Assembly (NCBI GenBank): GCA_015680685.1
Contig: MNCI01001248.1
Location: 493,822-557,821 of the forward strand
Source of the DNA: Gnetum montanum
Lineage: Eukaryota > Plantae > Gnetophyta
Length of the DNA: 64,000 bases
Direction: 5' to 3'
The notes under the pieces were generated by a model. The model had not been told where the DNA came from. It worked only from the letters and a program-made list of their open reading frames with translations, and searched no databases. Below are positions 61,501 through 64,000 of the stretch, piece by piece. The position numbers and the translations under genes are program-made. The stretch's first letter is position 1. Each line of letters starts with the position of its first letter.

Positions 61501-64000
61501 AGTTTTTAACTCAAGGGGTTTTATTTAATATTTTTAGGGATTTCCAACTCTCCCCAATAGGTATCATCATTTGCATTATTAGTGAGTTGTTGATGAACTT
61601 TCTCTAGGTCATCCATGGCTGTGACATAAGCACATATCAAGCACTCATTAGGTTCCATGCAAAGTATGCTACTATTAGAATGAATGGTTAGCCATTGGGT
61701 GTCTTCTTGGTTTGTGGCTACTGTGTACAGACACCTTTGAATATTTGCTTTAGGTGCATACTACCTGCATGAAAAAATAGATGCTTTCTTCATAGACCAG
61801 AGCCTCTGCATACAATTGCACCCTGTATCACTATACATAATGCATGAAACTTGCATCTCCTCAATTTTTTCAAATACATTTTTCTTAGATATCTCTAGGG
61901 AAAGATCTTTTATGCCCATTCTTGCATCAATAGTGCTAGCCATCCCTTTCCATGATGATTGGGAAGTCCCCTTTATAGTTCTCAACCTTAATTACTAGGA
62001 AATTTGTAGGATAAGTCAACTCATAGATAATGGTCACAACATCTTCCATAAATCCCAATGGAATAGTAATGGGCTAGTCTAATAATTCTAATCAAATATT
62101 GTTATTCTTGAGAGAAAGTAGGTTCCAAGCAATATACATCTCATGAGAAATCAAATTCACATCAAAACTTGAATCAAGAAGAACTTTACATGGTTCATTC
62201 CTAGAAATTTGCAAACAAATAAGAGGACCTTTAGGATAAGCTAATTTCTTGGGAACATTCCTAGCCTAGATCCAATTAGATATGGCATGAGTGAGCATAA
62301 TAGTATGGATTCTAGGTGGCATTTGTTTTGAAGGGGACTCAAAGGAATTAGATGCAAAGAGAGATGGAGAAGCAAGGTTGTTAACCACGTGTGCATGTGA
62401 GGGCTTAGGTGGTCTGTTGGGTCAAAAAAAGGGTCTTTTCTATAATCTAGTATTTGAACCACTCAATTGATGAACTAGTTGTAGAGTGATGACTATGGTA
62501 GCATTGCATTGATATAGTTGGATTGGAAGTTAACCCTATATAGATGGAGCATGTGGTAGCTATGTTGAGGATGCAAGAATAGGTGCAAGAATAGGAGGAT
62601 AAAGATAAAAAGTGATATTCCTTCTTAAATGTGGATAATATTTAAGAGGGTACTAGTGATGTTGGAAAGAAGAAATGTGACTAGAAGAGTCACTTGGAGA
62701 TAGGGGTTGCTAAACATAATACCCATATGGATTTGGTTGTTTATAAGGCTATTGTTGCCTTAGCAGTGGTAATTCCCATGACTATTATTACTGTAATTTT
62801 TGATGCTACTTGTATGATTACGATGGAGTTCCACTTGGATAGTACTATTGTTACCAATGGAATTATCAGGAATTTCCTTGAGGATAAGGTAATCTTTTAT
62901 ATGTTTAACTTTTTTCTAGTCGTGGATTCAAAGCGTACATCCTAAACTCCTATAAGTGTGACACAATGAGGAAACATCCCTTAGGATTTTCATATTGGTA
63001 GATTTCACACCCATCATCATCATCATTTGATTTAGTTTCCATAACTTTCCCTCTTGTCCTTACACCTTTAATTGGCATGTTTAGCTACCTTTCATCTTTT
63101 GCGATCATGATTACTACCTTGTTCTCTGGACGCTTTAGTAATTTTTAAAATATCTTAAAATCTACTATCCATAGAGTTCCATAACTGATCTACCTTTGCT
63201 AAAATTTCAAAGGAAAATTTTTGAATTGCTAAGGTCTTCCAATTGGCCACCTCATCAAGTAATGATTCCTCCTGATTGTTACAAAATTGGACATCCTTGT
63301 TGTAAATGGAAGGAATACAATTGTATTCTTCTGCACTTTCATGTTTTCTCAACTCTGCTTCTTCTTTTACTACTTACTAAATTAGCCTTTGGGTATAATG
63401 GGCTCTTAATTATGACAATTTCCTTTACAAATGAACTCCAAGAAATCTCCTTGTTTCTAATCAAAGTCCATCTATGATATGGCAAAGTTTCTCCTATTGA
63501 AAATAACCATGACTAGGCAATTTGTGCAATAAAGAATAGTATCAACCCATGGCAACATCTAGGGATTCATGTGATCCTTGTTTCCATCCTTGGATCTACC
63601 TCCTCAAGTTAGACACTCAAGAGTACATCTAATATTTTTTATTAAATAGTTCAAGCATTGTACTTCACTATTTGATGGATTCTAGTTATAAGGACTAGTA
63701 CTAGCTTTCTTCTTATTTAATGAGTATCCTAAGAAATAACTTATGCATTCTCCAATAATTTTATATACTTTGCAAGGCACAAGTATCATGGAAAGCCTAA
63801 AGATGATTTTGTGGATCTAAGTTATGTTCCCCTTTGAACCTAGGGATATTGTTCATGTCTAGCCTATTAATCCAACTATCCTTTACATGCCTTGCAGGAA
63901 TTCTCACTATCTCTACCATGTTTAGCATGTTTCTAGTAGTAAGAAAAGGCTCATTTAGGTCATGATTCTACTACCTATGATGCCCTATACTACCCCTTCG
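58532..64000 (-). mobile_element. Element G: Athila-like (non-chromovirus, no aRH) Ty3/gypsy internal region, heavily decayed
   Basis: RT SEWVIPLVIMPKKHGKWWVCIDF..KDNFLLLFFDQVLD; RH SQLNYTTIEKKFMILVLALEKF; integrase WGTDFI, YHPKADDQVE, WKGPYII; protease CKVLLDSS at about 62190. Confidence 0.8.
58690..62240 (-). pseudogene. Element G pol (PR about 62000-62240, RT about 60560-61390, RH about 60050-60430, INT about 58690-59760)
   Basis: ORFs 60994-61221 and 60115-60303 plus manual translation of flanks; many stops and frameshifts. Confidence 0.85.

Overview
This window is plant heterochromatin made entirely of decayed Ty3/gypsy LTR retrotransposons. I found no host gene. Six Tat-type elements (A-F) share LTRs starting TGAAACACC (TGAAGCATC in B); where visible they have a tRNA-Asn PBS and pol order RT-RH-aRH-INT. 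They are nested in one another and in an Athila-like element (G): A(-) in C(+) in B(-) in D(-) in F(+) in G(-), with a complete gag-PR-only element E(+) (TSD ATAGG) inside the 3' LTR of F. The main surprise is a spliced antisense gene upstream of RT. In A and B, gag-PR is separated from RT by about 5.5 kb that carries an 8-exon gene of about 1,000-1,100 codons; C preserves its first four exons. Splice sites and phases are conserved among the three diverged copies. The N-terminal domain reads as an FCP1/NIF-family (CTD-phosphatase-like HAD) fold with most catalytic residues replaced. It is followed by a transposon-associated helical domain, a coiled coil and an acidic tail. The same elements carry family-specific dyad motifs (YACGCTG-NN-CAGCGTR) in their LTRs and non-coding regions. 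They also carry sense-strand arrays of small stem-loops with a fixed 11-nt loop (A-NGRYNNNAAAC-T). Together these suggest a retrotransposon-encoded trans factor with cis targets, possibly for anti-silencing; this is inference. All coding regions are pseudogenised, and all domain calls were made by eye without database searches.
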